DNA of 64,000 bases from an uncultured Planctomycetota bacterium (GTDB taxonomy: Bacteria > Planctomycetota > Planctomycetia > Isosphaerales > Isosphaeraceae): assembly GCA_963823665.1 (NCBI GenBank), contig CAWGMQ010000008.1:1728001-1792000 (forward strand), in the 5' to 3' direction. Below the pieces are notes generated by a model. The model searched no databases. It was not told the DNA's origin and saw only the letters and a program-made list of their open reading frames with translations. This document shows positions 9,979-20,134 of the stretch, one piece after another; positions within the stretch are counted from its first letter, which is position 1, and each line of letters begins with the position of its first letter. Both the position numbers and the translations under genes were made by a program.

Positions 9979-10917
9979 ATGCCGCAGCGGGACCAGGGGG
10001 ATTCTGAAGCACGGGGACCGGTCGTGCTGTTGACGGGAGCATCCGGCTACGTCGGCGGCCGGCTGATACCACTGCTCGAGCAGCAGCCGGTGGCGCTGCG
10101 GTGTCTGGCTCGCAGTCCAGAGAAGATGCGGTCACGCGTCAAGGAATCAACGCAAATCGTCCGGGGTGATGTTCTCATCGCCCAGTCGCTCGAACAGGCG
10201 CTCTGTCGGGTGCACACAGCGTACTACCTCGTCCACCTCATGTCAGGGTCGAGGGACTTTGAGAAAGACGACCGGCAGGCGGCGACGAACTTCGCGGAGG
10301 CCGCGAAGAAAGCCGGCGTGCGGCGAATCATCTACCTGGGCGGCCTGGGCGACGATGCCGACCCGAAACTGTCGCCGCACCTGCGCAGCCGCCATGAAGT
10401 CGGCCAGATCCTGAAGGGCTCGGGCGTCGAAACGATCGAGTTTCGAGCGTCGCTCGTGATCGGGACCGGCAGCCTGTCGTTCGATCTGGTGAAGTCGCTG
10501 ACCGATCGTCTACCGGTCATGCTCTGCCCGCGCTGGCTCACGACGCCCACCCAGCCCATCGCCGTGGACGACGTCCTGGCCTACCTCCTGGCGGCCAAGG
10601 ACTTGCCTGCCGGCGAGAGCCATGTGTACGAGATCGGCAGTGAGGATGTCACGACCTACGGGGAAATGATTCGAGAATACGCACGCCAAGTGGGATTAAG
10701 GCGCTGGCTGATTTCGGTGCCGGTGCTGACGCCATACCTATCGAGCTTGTGGCTGGCGCTGGTGACGCCCACCAGCTTCGAGGTGGGGCGGCACCTCATC
10801 GAGGGACTGAAGAACCCCACGGTTGTCCGGGACAAGAAGGCTCTGGACGTCTTTTCGATTCGTCCGATGTCAACCCGGGAGGCGATCCAGAAGGCGCTGC
10901 TCGGGAGGGTTCTATGA
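9979..10917 (+). CDS. NAD(P)-binding atypical SDR (YbjT-like)
   Basis: LTGASGYVGG Rossmann motif, IIYLGGLG, LSPHLRSRHEV, TQPIAVDDV. ATG 9979. Confidence 0.85.
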   Translation: MPQRDQGDSEARGPVVLLTGASGYVGGRLIPLLEQQPVALRCLARSPEKMRSRVKESTQIVRGDVLIAQSLEQALCRVHTAYYLVHLMSGSRDFEKDDRQAATNFAEAAKKAGVRRIIYLGGLGDDADPKLSPHLRSRHEVGQILKGSGVETIEFRASLVIGTGSLSFDLVKSLTDRLPVMLCPRWLTTPTQPIAVDDVLAYLLAAKDLPAGESHVYEIGSEDVTTYGEMIREYARQVGLRRWLISVPVLTPYLSSLWLALVTPTSFEVGRHLIEGLKNPTVVRDKKALDVFSIRPMSTREAIQKALLGRVL

Positions 10918-12433
10918 TTCCGTCGCGATCGAGGGCATCGGCTGCGATCCAGCCCGACATCAAGACCATCGGCATGCCCGGGCCTGGATGCGCGGAACCC
11001 CCGGCGAAGTACAACCCCTTTACGTCCGGACTTTGGTTCGACGGCTTGAAGGCGCCGAGGAACTTGCCGTGGCTGGCCAGCCCGTAAATAGCCCCGTTCA
11101 ATACGCCGAATTGATCGTGGATGTCCTGAGGAGTCAGGCAGCGCTCGAAGCGGATGCGTTGTTCCAGGTCTGCGAGCCCGGCTGTCGATGCGAGCTTGTC
11201 GAGGATGACGCGGCGGTATGCCGGCAGGAGCTTCTTCCAGTCATGGTGCGGACGGAGGTAAGGCGTGTGGACCAGCACGTAAAGCGCTTCGCCGCCCGGT
11301 GGCGCCACGTCGGGATCAGTCCGGGCCGGCGCCGCGAGGTAACAGGTAGGATCGGAGGCGGGTTCACCGTCTCGATAGATCGCCTGGAACTCGTCTTCCG
11401 GGTTGTGAGAGAAGACGAAATTATGATGCGCGAGATGCTCATACGCTCGATCAAGACCAAGGTAGAGCACGACGCCGGAGCAGGCTGGCTCATAGCGACG
11501 CCGGCTCTCGAAGCGGCGCTCGGGCACGCCGCCAAGCAGGTCGCGGTGGGTTCGCACACAGTCTGAGTTCGCCACGACCGCCGCTAGCTCGATTTCCTCT
11601 CCGCGTTCGGTTTCCAGGCCCCGCACACAGCCGCTTGAATCCAGCAGGATGCGCCGCACACCGACCCCGCAGCGCAGCACGACGCCGAGATTCCGCGCTA
11701 GCGACTCCAGGGCCCGAGGCACGGCTACCGTGCCTCCGCGGGGGTACCACACTGCCTCATTTGTTTGCATGTGGGCGATGCCACAGAGTACTGCCGGGGA
11801 TTGATCCGGGGCTGATCCGACGTACTGGGTGAAGTGGTCGAGCATTTGAGCGACGCGAGCGTCGGAAACATGGCTTCGTACCGTGGCCGATACCGACCGA
11901 CCCGGGCGCATGTCGAGAAGAGCCCGCAGCAACGAAGGCTTTAGGATGCTCCTCGTATCGACGATGTCCCACACGGAGCCGACGCTGCGCCAGAAGAAGA
12001 AGCGCTCGGAGATTTCGTTCATTCGTTCCGACAGGTCGAGAAAGCGACGGTAGGCTTCGGCCGATCCAGACTGGGGTGAGAAACTCGCGAGCTCGTGGGC
12101 CATTGTCTCGGGTGACTGGCGCAAGTCGAGGACGGACCCGTCCGCGAAGAAACAACGCCACTGGGGGTCGAGCCGAATCAGCTCCAGGTGCTTCTCGAGC
12201 TGCTGGCCAGCCTCGGAGAAGATGCGACCCAGAACGGAGGGCATGGTGAGAATGGTCGGCCCCTTGTCGAAGCGATAGCCCTGTTCTTCCAGGCGGGCGG
12301 CCTTGCCTCCTAGCCAGTCGTTCCGCTCGAGCAGGACCACTGAATAACCGCGGGCGGCGAGTGTGCACGCAGCGGCCAAGCCCCCCAGGCCGCCGCCGAT
12401 GATGCCTACTCGAGCCGGTTTGCTGCTTTTCAT
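10796..12433 (-). CDS. Phytoene desaturase family protein (CrtP/CrtNb-like diapolycopene oxygenase candidate)
   Basis: IIGGGLGGL FAD motif, GYRFDKGPTILT, GLYFAGGSAHPGPGMPMVLMSG. Confidence 0.85.
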   Translation of the reverse strand: MKSSKPARVGIIGGGLGGLAAACTLAARGYSVVLLERNDWLGGKAARLEEQGYRFDKGPTILTMPSVLGRIFSEAGQQLEKHLELIRLDPQWRCFFADGSVLDLRQSPETMAHELASFSPQSGSAEAYRRFLDLSERMNEISERFFFWRSVGSVWDIVDTRSILKPSLLRALLDMRPGRSVSATVRSHVSDARVAQMLDHFTQYVGSAPDQSPAVLCGIAHMQTNEAVWYPRGGTVAVPRALESLARNLGVVLRCGVGVRRILLDSSGCVRGLETERGEEIELAAVVANSDCVRTHRDLLGGVPERRFESRRRYEPACSGVVLYLGLDRAYEHLAHHNFVFSHNPEDEFQAIYRDGEPASDPTCYLAAPARTDPDVAPPGGEALYVLVHTPYLRPHHDWKKLLPAYRRVILDKLASTAGLADLEQRIRFERCLTPQDIHDQFGVLNGAIYGLASHGKFLGAFKPSNQSPDVKGLYFAGGSAHPGPGMPMVLMSGWIAADALDRDGIIEPSRAAPSGSPPGLTSDESKRRPEPSCPGQPWGSSVPR

Positions 12434-12436
12434 TGG

Positions 12437-13990
12437 TCACGTGGCCTCGACGGGACGACGATCGGCCAGTTCGCCGGGCTCCGGCTCCGGACAGCGGCTG
12501 GACAATCCCAGGTCTTCAACCAGGAGGCGAGAGGTGATGCGAGCCGACTCAAGAATGACCGGAAGCCCGCTTCCCGGGTGGGTTCCTCCGCCGACCAGAT
12601 AGACGGCGTCCAGATCTTCAAACCGATTGCGCGGGCGGAGGTGGAGCATCTGAGAAAGGTTGTGGGCCAGATTGAAGGTAGCGCCCCGGTGGATTTCGTA
12701 GTCGTGGTCCCAGTCGGCCGGGGTGATGATGTGTTCGAAACGGATGCGGCTCTGAACGTCCGTGATCCCGACCTTCTGCAGACGCTTCAGCGTGAGCAAG
12801 CGGAAACGGTCGCGCTGCTGCGACCAATCCACATTCTGATGCTGGTGTGTGACGGGCACCAGGACGTAAAGGGTGCTCATACCGGGTGGGGCGAGCGCCG
12901 GGTCGGTGACGCAGGCGTTCTGGACGTAGAAGGAGGGCGTTTTCGGGAGGACATGGAGGTCTTCGGTCTCACGCAAATTGCGTACGTAGTCCTCATCCAG
13001 GTAGATCGTGTGGTGGCCAAGGTGGTCGTAGCGTCCTTCGATGCCCAGGTAGAGCATGAAGGTGGAGCACGAGAAGCGCTTACGGTTGATCCGACGGTTT
13101 TTCCAGCGCTTTCGCAAGCGGTCCGGCACGAGGCGGGTCATCGCCCGGGCAAAGTCGGCGTTCACGACCAACGCGTCGGCTGGGTAGGTGTGTCTCGCGG
13201 TGCGAACCCCGACGGCCTTGTGGCCGTCGAAGAGGATTTCCATCACTTCTGCTCCGAGACGGATTTCGACGCCCAGCTCTCGGGCGATGCGCGCCATGCA
13301 ATCGGTGACCGCTCCACACCCACCGATCGGGTGATACACGCCATGCTCATATTCGAGGAACGACAAGATGGAAAAGAGACTTGGGCAGCGGTAGGGCGAC
13401 ATCCCGAGGTACTTCGATTGGAATGAGAAGGCAAGGCGAATTCGGGGATCGCTGAAGTAGCGGGCCAACTCTTGATCGAGCGAGAGCCAGGGATGCAAAG
13501 AGGGAAGCATCTCCAGGATCCGTCGCGAGAACAGGTCGCGCCATCCCAGGAAGGGGGTCTCCAGACAGGGCTTGAACCGCTGAAATTTGAGCCGGTTGTC
13601 TTCCATGAACCGGCGAAACGAAGCGGCATCGGCGGGACACAGTGCGGAAATCGCCTGTTTCATCCGGTTGAGGTCAGGCGTGGCATGCAGTTGACCTCCG
13701 GCGCCGAAGATCAGGCTGTACTGAGGGTCGAGCCGGATCAACTCCAATTCGTGCCAGAGGTCCTTGCCGACCGCCCGGAAGATCGCTTCGAGGACCTGGG
13801 GGTAGAGAAAAAAGGTGGGGCCCAAGTCAAATCGGAAACCGTTGGCGGCCAGAGTGGACGTACGGCCGCCGACCTGGGACTGGCGCTCCAGGACCGTGAC
13901 GCGGAGGCCTGAGCGGGCGAGCAACATGGCGGCCGCCAGGCCGCCGGGGCCGGCTCCGATGATCACAATACTCTTGTCCGATTTCCGCAT
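12437..13990 (-). CDS. crtI: Phytoene/diapophytoene desaturase (CrtI/CrtN family)
   Basis: [51 protein letters not shown]. Confidence 0.88.
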   Translation of the reverse strand: MRKSDKSIVIIGAGPGGLAAAMLLARSGLRVTVLERQSQVGGRTSTLAANGFRFDLGPTFFLYPQVLEAIFRAVGKDLWHELELIRLDPQYSLIFGAGGQLHATPDLNRMKQAISALCPADAASFRRFMEDNRLKFQRFKPCLETPFLGWRDLFSRRILEMLPSLHPWLSLDQELARYFSDPRIRLAFSFQSKYLGMSPYRCPSLFSILSFLEYEHGVYHPIGGCGAVTDCMARIARELGVEIRLGAEVMEILFDGHKAVGVRTARHTYPADALVVNADFARAMTRLVPDRLRKRWKNRRINRKRFSCSTFMLYLGIEGRYDHLGHHTIYLDEDYVRNLRETEDLHVLPKTPSFYVQNACVTDPALAPPGMSTLYVLVPVTHQHQNVDWSQQRDRFRLLTLKRLQKVGITDVQSRIRFEHIITPADWDHDYEIHRGATFNLAHNLSQMLHLRPRNRFEDLDAVYLVGGGTHPGSGLPVILESARITSRLLVEDLGLSSRCPEPEPGELADRRPVEAT

Positions 13991-14034
13991 CGTGCCTCTG
14001 TCATGCGGAGCTCATGAGGAATGGGTTACCGAGT

Positions 14035-14053
14035 AAATCGTTCAAATCGTTCA
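14035..14053. promoter_or_regulatory. Tandem 9-bp direct repeat AAATCGTTC x2, candidate operator
   Basis: Lies between the divergent crt operon and its regulator, just downstream (on the - strand) of a TTGACG-N17-TACAAG promoter-like sequence. Confidence 0.45.
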
Positions 14054-14267
14054 TTTATCTTGTATGCGAGTCGACGCCAGTCGTCAACGGCAAGTCAATC
14101 ATTTTTCGAGAGCCAGCGCCTGGCTCGCGATGGCTATTCGCTTTCTGGAAACGACGCCCGTTTGATCGGGGAAATCAGAAAGTCGCGGTTGAACCGACCG
14201 GGGGCGGATGCGTACATTCAGTGTTGAACGTCCGAATCGTCCAGCAATCGACGGCGAGTGGACACGC

Positions 14268-15176
14268 ATGCCGGAACTACAATATGTCAGCACGGCGAAC
14301 GTAGCCCGGGCTCTGGGCGTCGGCGTCTCGACGGTCAAGCGGTGGGTGGACGAAGGAATCTTGCCTGCGCATAAAACAGCGGGCGGGCACCGGAAGTTGC
14401 TGGTGGCGGACGTGCTGCGTCTGGTGCGGGAGGGTGATTTTCCTCAACTTGATTTGAGCGAGCTTCAGTTTGCCGCAAAGACGAAGGGGCGCCTCGAGCC
14501 GAAGTCCCTTTCGCAACAACTTCTGTCTGCGCTCAAACGAGGGGACGGAGATACGATTCGGTCGCTCATTCACGGTGCGTATCGGTCGGGCGTTGCGATG
14601 GAGACACTGGCCGACTTCGTGATCGCGCCGGCCATGAACCAGTTGGGGCATGAGTGGGAGGCGGGCCGGATCGAAGTTCTCCACGAGCATCGAGGCACTC
14701 AGCTCTGCGTGTCGGCACTTTACGAGCTCAAATCGGTGCTGGAAACGCAAGCCGATCGAGGTCGGCCGCTGGCGGTTGGCGGAAGTCCGGAGCTGGATTA
14801 TTACGTGCTAGCGAACCTTCTGGCGGAGATGGTTCTGCTTGACGCCGGCTGGCGGGCGACTGACCTTGGCCCGCACACACCGATCAGCTCCTTCCGCCAG
14901 GCGCTCGCGGAGCTTCGACCGCGGCTGTTATGGCTCTCGGTGAGCGAGCTGGTGGATCGGGATCGATTCGTGACGGAGTATCGCGAGCTGTATCAGGAGG
15001 CCGAGCGGGCCAGTGTGCCGGTTGTGATCGGCGGTCGTGCGCTGGGTACCTCGCTCCGTTCGGCCATGCCGTACACGTGCTATGGCGACGGGCTGAGGCA
15101 CCTGGCGGCTTTTGCTCGATCGCAGCACGGGCCTGCGCGTCGTCCGCGACGAGGGCGGCCTGCGGCTGGTTCCTGA
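14268..15176 (+). CDS. CarH/LitR-like regulator: MerR/excisionase HTH plus four-helix cap plus B12-binding Rossmann domain
   Basis: STANVARALGVGVSTVKRWVDEG..KTAGGHR HTH; IAPAM..LGHEW..EH cap motif; LGPHTP and WLSVS B12-domain motifs; divergent from carotenoid genes. Confidence 0.85.
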   Translation: MPELQYVSTANVARALGVGVSTVKRWVDEGILPAHKTAGGHRKLLVADVLRLVREGDFPQLDLSELQFAAKTKGRLEPKSLSQQLLSALKRGDGDTIRSLIHGAYRSGVAMETLADFVIAPAMNQLGHEWEAGRIEVLHEHRGTQLCVSALYELKSVLETQADRGRPLAVGGSPELDYYVLANLLAEMVLLDAGWRATDLGPHTPISSFRQALAELRPRLLWLSVSELVDRDRFVTEYRELYQEAERASVPVVIGGRALGTSLRSAMPYTCYGDGLRHLAAFARSQHGPARRPRRGRPAAGS

Positions 15177-15257
15177 GCAGGAAGCGGGGGGTGGGTCTGG
15201 ACGCGCGATTCGCATGATCAGTAGACCACAGAGGCGGTTAGCCCAATTGGCCACGGC

Positions 15258-15770
15258 TCATCGTTTCTGAGAACCGAAGAGAACCCGGATCGTGTCGATC
15301 GTAAGATATAGGTGGAAATCTTGAGCTGGTAAGGAAATGAATCCGTATCGTTCGTAGAAGCGCTTAGCCTCGGCGTCGATGGCGTCCACTTCAACGGCCT
15401 GAACTCCGAGAAACTGCGAGAGCTCGAGCGACTTCTTCAGTGCGTCGATGAGGAGCTTCTGGCCCAGTCGCTGACTTGCATGGTCTGGTCGACGGCCAAC
15501 CGTCCGAGAAGGATTACCGGGATGGGATGCTTCGGCAGCTTACGCGCGAGCTCCTGAGGTAATTCTTCGAACGCCAGCGCACTGCTCGCGATCGTGTAAT
15601 ACCCCCAAACCCTCGGGTTTTCTCGTTTAATGGCGACATAAGTTCGCCCGAGATTTCGCTTCTCGTACTGGCTGGCGCGCTCGAATAAAGTCGTCGAGGC
15701 ACGACTTCCCACAAGCAAACCCATCGCGTTTTTGGGCGCGGCTTAGGGGCTCTATCAGCCAATCATCCAT
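15258..15770 (-). CDS. GNAT acetyltransferase toxin (TacT/AtaT-like), two apparent frameshifts (~15678, ~15476)
   Basis: Pieces in successive frames: MDDWLIEPL..FACGKSCLDDF / ASQYEKRNLGRTYV..LLGRLAVD / LGQKLLIDAL..VEVDAIDAEAKRFYERYGF. Confidence 0.85.
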
Positions 15771-16041
15771 TTTTCGCGCCGTGCCGACGAGCGGCCCGCC
15801 GTAACGCGGCGTTGGGCTCTGGCGGATTGTCAAGTAACTTAATAAACCGATCGCGCGCTTCGTTCGAGAGCACGGTCGGCTTCTCTTCGCGGAACGGAAG
15901 CTCTTCTTCCGGGACAACCCGAGCCTTTCGGACGCGAAGCTCGGTGTCGCTCAAGTGCTCGATGATGACGGTTGCGTTAGCAAAATCTCTGGGCAGGGTA
16001 ACCCTACCCTTGGAGTCCGTTGCTCTCGTGTGGATGGCCAT
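15763..16041 (-). CDS. Antitoxin: AbrB/MraZ-like N-terminus plus DUF1778/TacA-like C-terminus
   Basis: DSKGRVTLP N-terminus; LSNEARDRFIKLLDNPPEPNAALRRA C-terminus; stop overlaps the toxin start. Confidence 0.8.
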   Translation of the reverse strand: MAIHTRATDSKGRVTLPRDFANATVIIEHLSDTELRVRKARVVPEEELPFREEKPTVLSNEARDRFIKLLDNPPEPNAALRRAARRHGAKNG

Positions 16042-16187
16042 ATTTGTGTCGGCTCCTGAACTTTTGTTACTCGAATGATAGCGGTTGAGGGATTGTGGTC
16101 AAGCGGGATCTACCCACATTACCTTCCGGGGCGAAGAAAGGGCGCTTCCGTTTGACATCCCACTCCTCGGGAAGTCGCTCGCCCTCC

Positions 16188-16209
16188 GTCAGGCTGAAGC
16201 CTGACCTAC
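16188..16209 (-). repeat. GTAG-type REP (GTAG-GTCAGGC-loop-GCCTGAC), copy 1
   Basis: Related copies at 47341-47363, 47380-47401 and 57411-57432. Confidence 0.75.
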
Positions 16210-16320
16210 GGTTTCCGGCTGACCCGATCAGGCAACTGGCGGACCGGAGCGGAATGGCTTATCGTGATGCGAGCTTCAAGGGGTCGCAGACGAGCTGAGG
16301 AATCGAGCGAGGCGCGAACG

Positions 16321-16872
16321 ATGGACAAGCACTACAAGCAGATGACCGATTTCCTGGTCGGGATGGGGATCGACGAGCTTCCGCATACGCACAAATCGTA
16401 TCTGGCGCACTTGATCGCCGTGTTCCGGGACCTGGAATCACTGGGGTGCCCGGAGGACGTGTGCCGGGCGGGGATGTTTCACTCGATCTATGGAACGGAG
16501 AAGTTCCAGGGATTCACCTTGCCACTCGAGCGACGGGGCGAAGTGCGTGCCCTGATCGGCGACCGGGCGGAGCGGCTGGCGTATTTGAACTGTGCGATGG
16601 ATCGGGCGTCGTTTGACCGGGCCCTTGAAACGGCCGAGGGGCCGTATCGGATCGTCGACCGCATCACGGGAGAAGCAGTCGAGGTTTCTCGGCCGGAATT
16701 CGACGACCTTTGTCGCGTGCATCTTATCGACTGGCTGGAACAAGTTCCCCGATCGGAAGAGTGGGACTATCGGCGCGCCGGTTATCAGAAGATGGCACAG
16801 CGATTGGGTGGCGAGGCGGAAGAGCGCTTTGAGCGGGTTTACGGCCGGGGTGAAATCGCGATGAGATCGTAG
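16321..16872 (+). CDS. DUF6817-like protein
   Basis: PHTHKSYLAHL, CRAGMFHSIYGTE, LIGDRAERLAYL. Confidence 0.75.
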   Translation: MDKHYKQMTDFLVGMGIDELPHTHKSYLAHLIAVFRDLESLGCPEDVCRAGMFHSIYGTEKFQGFTLPLERRGEVRALIGDRAERLAYLNCAMDRASFDRALETAEGPYRIVDRITGEAVEVSRPEFDDLCRVHLIDWLEQVPRSEEWDYRRAGYQKMAQRLGGEAEERFERVYGRGEIAMRS

Positions 16873-16903
16873 ATTTCACGCAGTTCCAAATGGAGATCTT
16901 TTT

Positions 16904-17425
16904 ATGTTCTCGCAACATGGCTCGGTCAACGTCACTCCGGCCAACGTACAGGAGACGGTGAAATTCGACATTCTGGGCGATCGGAAGCTGCAATTCACTG
17001 ATGACGCCGTGTGGTATTTCACCGAGGAAATGATGGTGGTGCCGCTCCCTGCAGTCATCGCCACCGGCATTCTGGTGCGGAACAAGCCGATCTTGTATCG
17101 CGATATCAAATGGGTTGGGCCGATTGTCAAGAGACAGTGGGGGATGCTCGCATTGGGAGTCCTGGGGTTTGCGGGGGGGCTCTACTGGACCCTCGTCACG
17201 TTGCAAAAGGGGCGCGAGGGGGTGATCTTCTGCTTGTTCATACTTGCGTTCTTCGGGATCATCCCACTCTGGATCTTCGTTCAAGGGCGGAGGTTTCTGG
17301 CCATCGCCTCTGACAAGGAGGTGATCAGCTTCCCGATGGACCGGAAAAAGAAGCAGGTTCGCAAGGCAATTGAGGTGCTCAAGCGGTACTGCCCCGGTGG
17401 CCATGTGCGCTGGGAGGTTGGCTGA
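16904..17425 (+). CDS. Hypothetical membrane protein (2 TM)
   Basis: ORF with two hydrophobic helices, in a run of co-oriented genes. Confidence 0.65.
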   Translation: MFSQHGSVNVTPANVQETVKFDILGDRKLQFTDDAVWYFTEEMMVVPLPAVIATGILVRNKPILYRDIKWVGPIVKRQWGMLALGVLGFAGGLYWTLVTLQKGREGVIFCLFILAFFGIIPLWIFVQGRRFLAIASDKEVISFPMDRKKKQVRKAIEVLKRYCPGGHVRWEVG

Positions 17426-17462
17426 TCGCGAGTCAAACGACAAACTTGAGGAGGCGGCGAAA

Positions 17463-18410
17463 ATGCGTGAGGGGAATCGCCGGAGCTTCATGACGGATTG
17501 CTCGGCCGGGGCCGCGGCCCTGGCGGCACTTTCTGGAGTCGAAGCCGCCGCTGGCAGTTCATCAGAACCAGCGCGCGAGGGGATGTCGTTTCTGTGTGTC
17601 ACGTGCGGGACGCAGTTTTCGGAGACGATGCAGCCGCCGGAGCACTGTCCGATCTGCGAGGATGAGCGGCAGTATGTCAATCCCGATGGGCAGAAGTGGA
17701 CGACGCTTGCGGAGCTGCGGTCGTCACACAAAAACATTGTCAAGCAGGAAGAGCAGGGCCTCTTCTCGATCAACACGGAGCCGCGATTCGGGATTGGCCA
17801 GCGGGCGTTCTTGATCCAGACCGAGAAGGGGAACGTCCTGTGGGATTGCGTGTCGCTTGTGGACGACGCGACGATTGCTCGGGTGAACGAACTGGGTGGA
17901 ATCGCCGAGATCGCGATCTCACACCCGCATTATTATACTTCCATGATCGAATGGAGCCGCGCGTTCGGCGCCGTGCCGATTCACTTGCACGAGGCTGAGC
18001 GGCCGTGGGTAATGCGGCCTGATCCGAGCATCAAATTCTGGACGGGCGCGACTCATGAGCTGCGCGAGGGGCTCAAGCTGGTGAGCACCGGCGGGCATTT
18101 TGAGGGATATCAGGTGCTGCACTGGCCGGCCGGAGCGGGGGGCCGCGGGGCACTCATGGCGGGCGATCAGCCGCAGATCTGCATGGACCCCAAGCAGGTT
18201 AGCTTCATGTATAGCTATCCCAACTACATTCCGCTCAATGGGGCGCAGATTCGCCGCGTGATGGAATGCCTTCTACCTCTGACGTATGACAGGGTTTACG
18301 GGGCTTTTTTCATCCGTGGCAAAGGCGTCATTCCGACCAAGGGAAAGGAAGTTGTGCGGCGGTCGGCGGATCGGTATCTGCGGGCGATCGGGGCGGAGAG
18401 TGGAAAGTGA
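17463..18410 (+). CDS. MBL-fold metallo-hydrolase with N-terminal CxxC/CxxC zinc site and Tat-like signal
   Basis: RRSFM signal; CVTCG..CPICEDERQY; FGIGQRA; ISHPHYY; GGHFEG; SFMYSYPNYIPL. Confidence 0.85.
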   Translation: MREGNRRSFMTDCSAGAAALAALSGVEAAAGSSSEPAREGMSFLCVTCGTQFSETMQPPEHCPICEDERQYVNPDGQKWTTLAELRSSHKNIVKQEEQGLFSINTEPRFGIGQRAFLIQTEKGNVLWDCVSLVDDATIARVNELGGIAEIAISHPHYYTSMIEWSRAFGAVPIHLHEAERPWVMRPDPSIKFWTGATHELREGLKLVSTGGHFEGYQVLHWPAGAGGRGALMAGDQPQICMDPKQVSFMYSYPNYIPLNGAQIRRVMECLLPLTYDRVYGAFFIRGKGVIPTKGKEVVRRSADRYLRAIGAESGK

Positions 18411-18488
18411 GGTGGTCGTCTTCAAGTCGGATTCGCATCTCTCGCAGGACACCAAGAAACTGCCGGCGAAGAATGGGACGCTGCCCAA

Positions 18489-19948
18489 TTACGACGTCTG
18501 GAAAACCGCACTGCGCGACTTTGACGTGCGGCGGAATCGCTCGTGCCTCAACGCGGCTTTTCTGATCGGTTCTCGTTCGGCCATTTCGTCGAGTAGAACC
18601 GAGACGGCTTTGTCCAGTTCTCCGCGGCCGTGGGCAAGTTTGTATCGGATCACGCCGTCGCGGTCGAGAACGTAGATGATGTCTTCGCTGGGAGCTGAGA
18701 AAGCCCATCGAATCTTGCTGTAACTTTCGCTTATTTCCGGGTCCCACCAGATGCGTATTGGAACGTGTTGTTCCTGGATCGCTTTCTGGTATCCGTCGCG
18801 CTGAGATCCGACAACACCCAGGAGCGCGACGGGTTTTCCCTGGACGCTCTCCGCGAGTTGACGGAATCTTGAGAGGGTCTGCTTGGGAATCTGGTCGGGA
18901 GGGATTAATCCGAAGTCGAGGTGTCCGCGAATGTAGAGGACGACGATTTTGCCGCGGTAATCGCTCAGCTTCATGGTGTTGCCGTCGAGATCAACGCCCT
19001 CTATCTTTGCGCGAACTTGCCAACCGACAAACGCTGCAGGCGCGCCAAGAGGAACTTGGCGATGCCCGCGAGGGGCGTCTGAGGAAACTTGCCGCGTCCC
19101 ATGTCAACTTTGACGGTTGCGAAATCCGTGATCACGCGTTGGTAATGCTGGGCCGCCTCATCCTCGAGCTTCTTGGGATCGCTTTTCATGAGTCGCTCCC
19201 TGACATCGAGAGCGATTGCCGCTGGTCCCAAGTACACCGGCTCGGATTTGCCCATCAGTTGCCAGCGGCGGACGTATTGCGCTCGGTTCTCGAGAAGCTC
19301 AGCCAACTGAAAAGTCGCCCGCCCGCGGATCTCGAGCGATGGGCTCGACGCGATCAGCCGGCGCAGGAACGTCTCGGCTGCGCTCGAATGCCAGAAAAGG
19401 ACCGATTTGGGGAAGAGCAGGTCTTTCAGGCCGTCGCTCGTTGCGTGGTCACGAGCCAGGATGGTCAGGGCCGTTTCGGCCTCGGGCCGACGGTTGACGC
19501 CAAATGTGGAGACCAGCCAGATTAAGGCCTTTTCGGCCTTGGCGGTGCGGGGCTCCTTGGTCGCGACCTCGAGCACGCGGCGGGCAAAGCGATCGACGAA
19601 GGATTGATACGTCTTGGCCGGAGGGCCCTCCTTCCTCGCCTTGATTGCATCTCGAACCGCCTTCATGTGCGACTCGTCCGCTTCCGCAAACTCACGGAAG
19701 ATCGCATCGAGGTCGTCGTCCGGCGCGAGGTGGGCGGTAGCGACCGGGGGCGGACTTCGCTCTTGAAGCGGCTTGCCCTGGTCAGGGGTTGGTGTTTGGC
19801 CGGCGGTGAGGCCGGCCTGAGTCGACTTCGATTGGAGTTGTTCGGCCGGATTTGATGCGGTCAGAGGGCAGAACGAGCCCATGACTACTGCGATCAGGAA
19901 CGGGAAGGTGGCGCGGATCGCTGCTGATTGTACCGATGCTTGATGCAT
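18489..19948 (-). CDS. Exported helical-repeat plus redoxin-like protein lacking CxxC; frameshift ~19010
   Basis: The 19001-19948 ORF ends LSVGKFA; after a 1-nt shift it reads KIEGVDLDGNTMKLSDYRGKIVVL..IYVLDRDGVIRY. Confidence 0.75.
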
Positions 19949-20134
19949 GTATCACGGACGTCCGGCCGTTTCCGCGAGAGGATGGCTCGCCGCGCACAAC
20001 GCACGACACACTGATACCAACTTGTCAATGCTGGATCAACCGTTGTGTGCTGGCTTTCGCGGTGGCCGACTCGAAATAGAAGAATTCTACCCCGGGCTAT
20101 TTGATGTCGCCCCCGTTGGAGGCTCAAACAAGTA

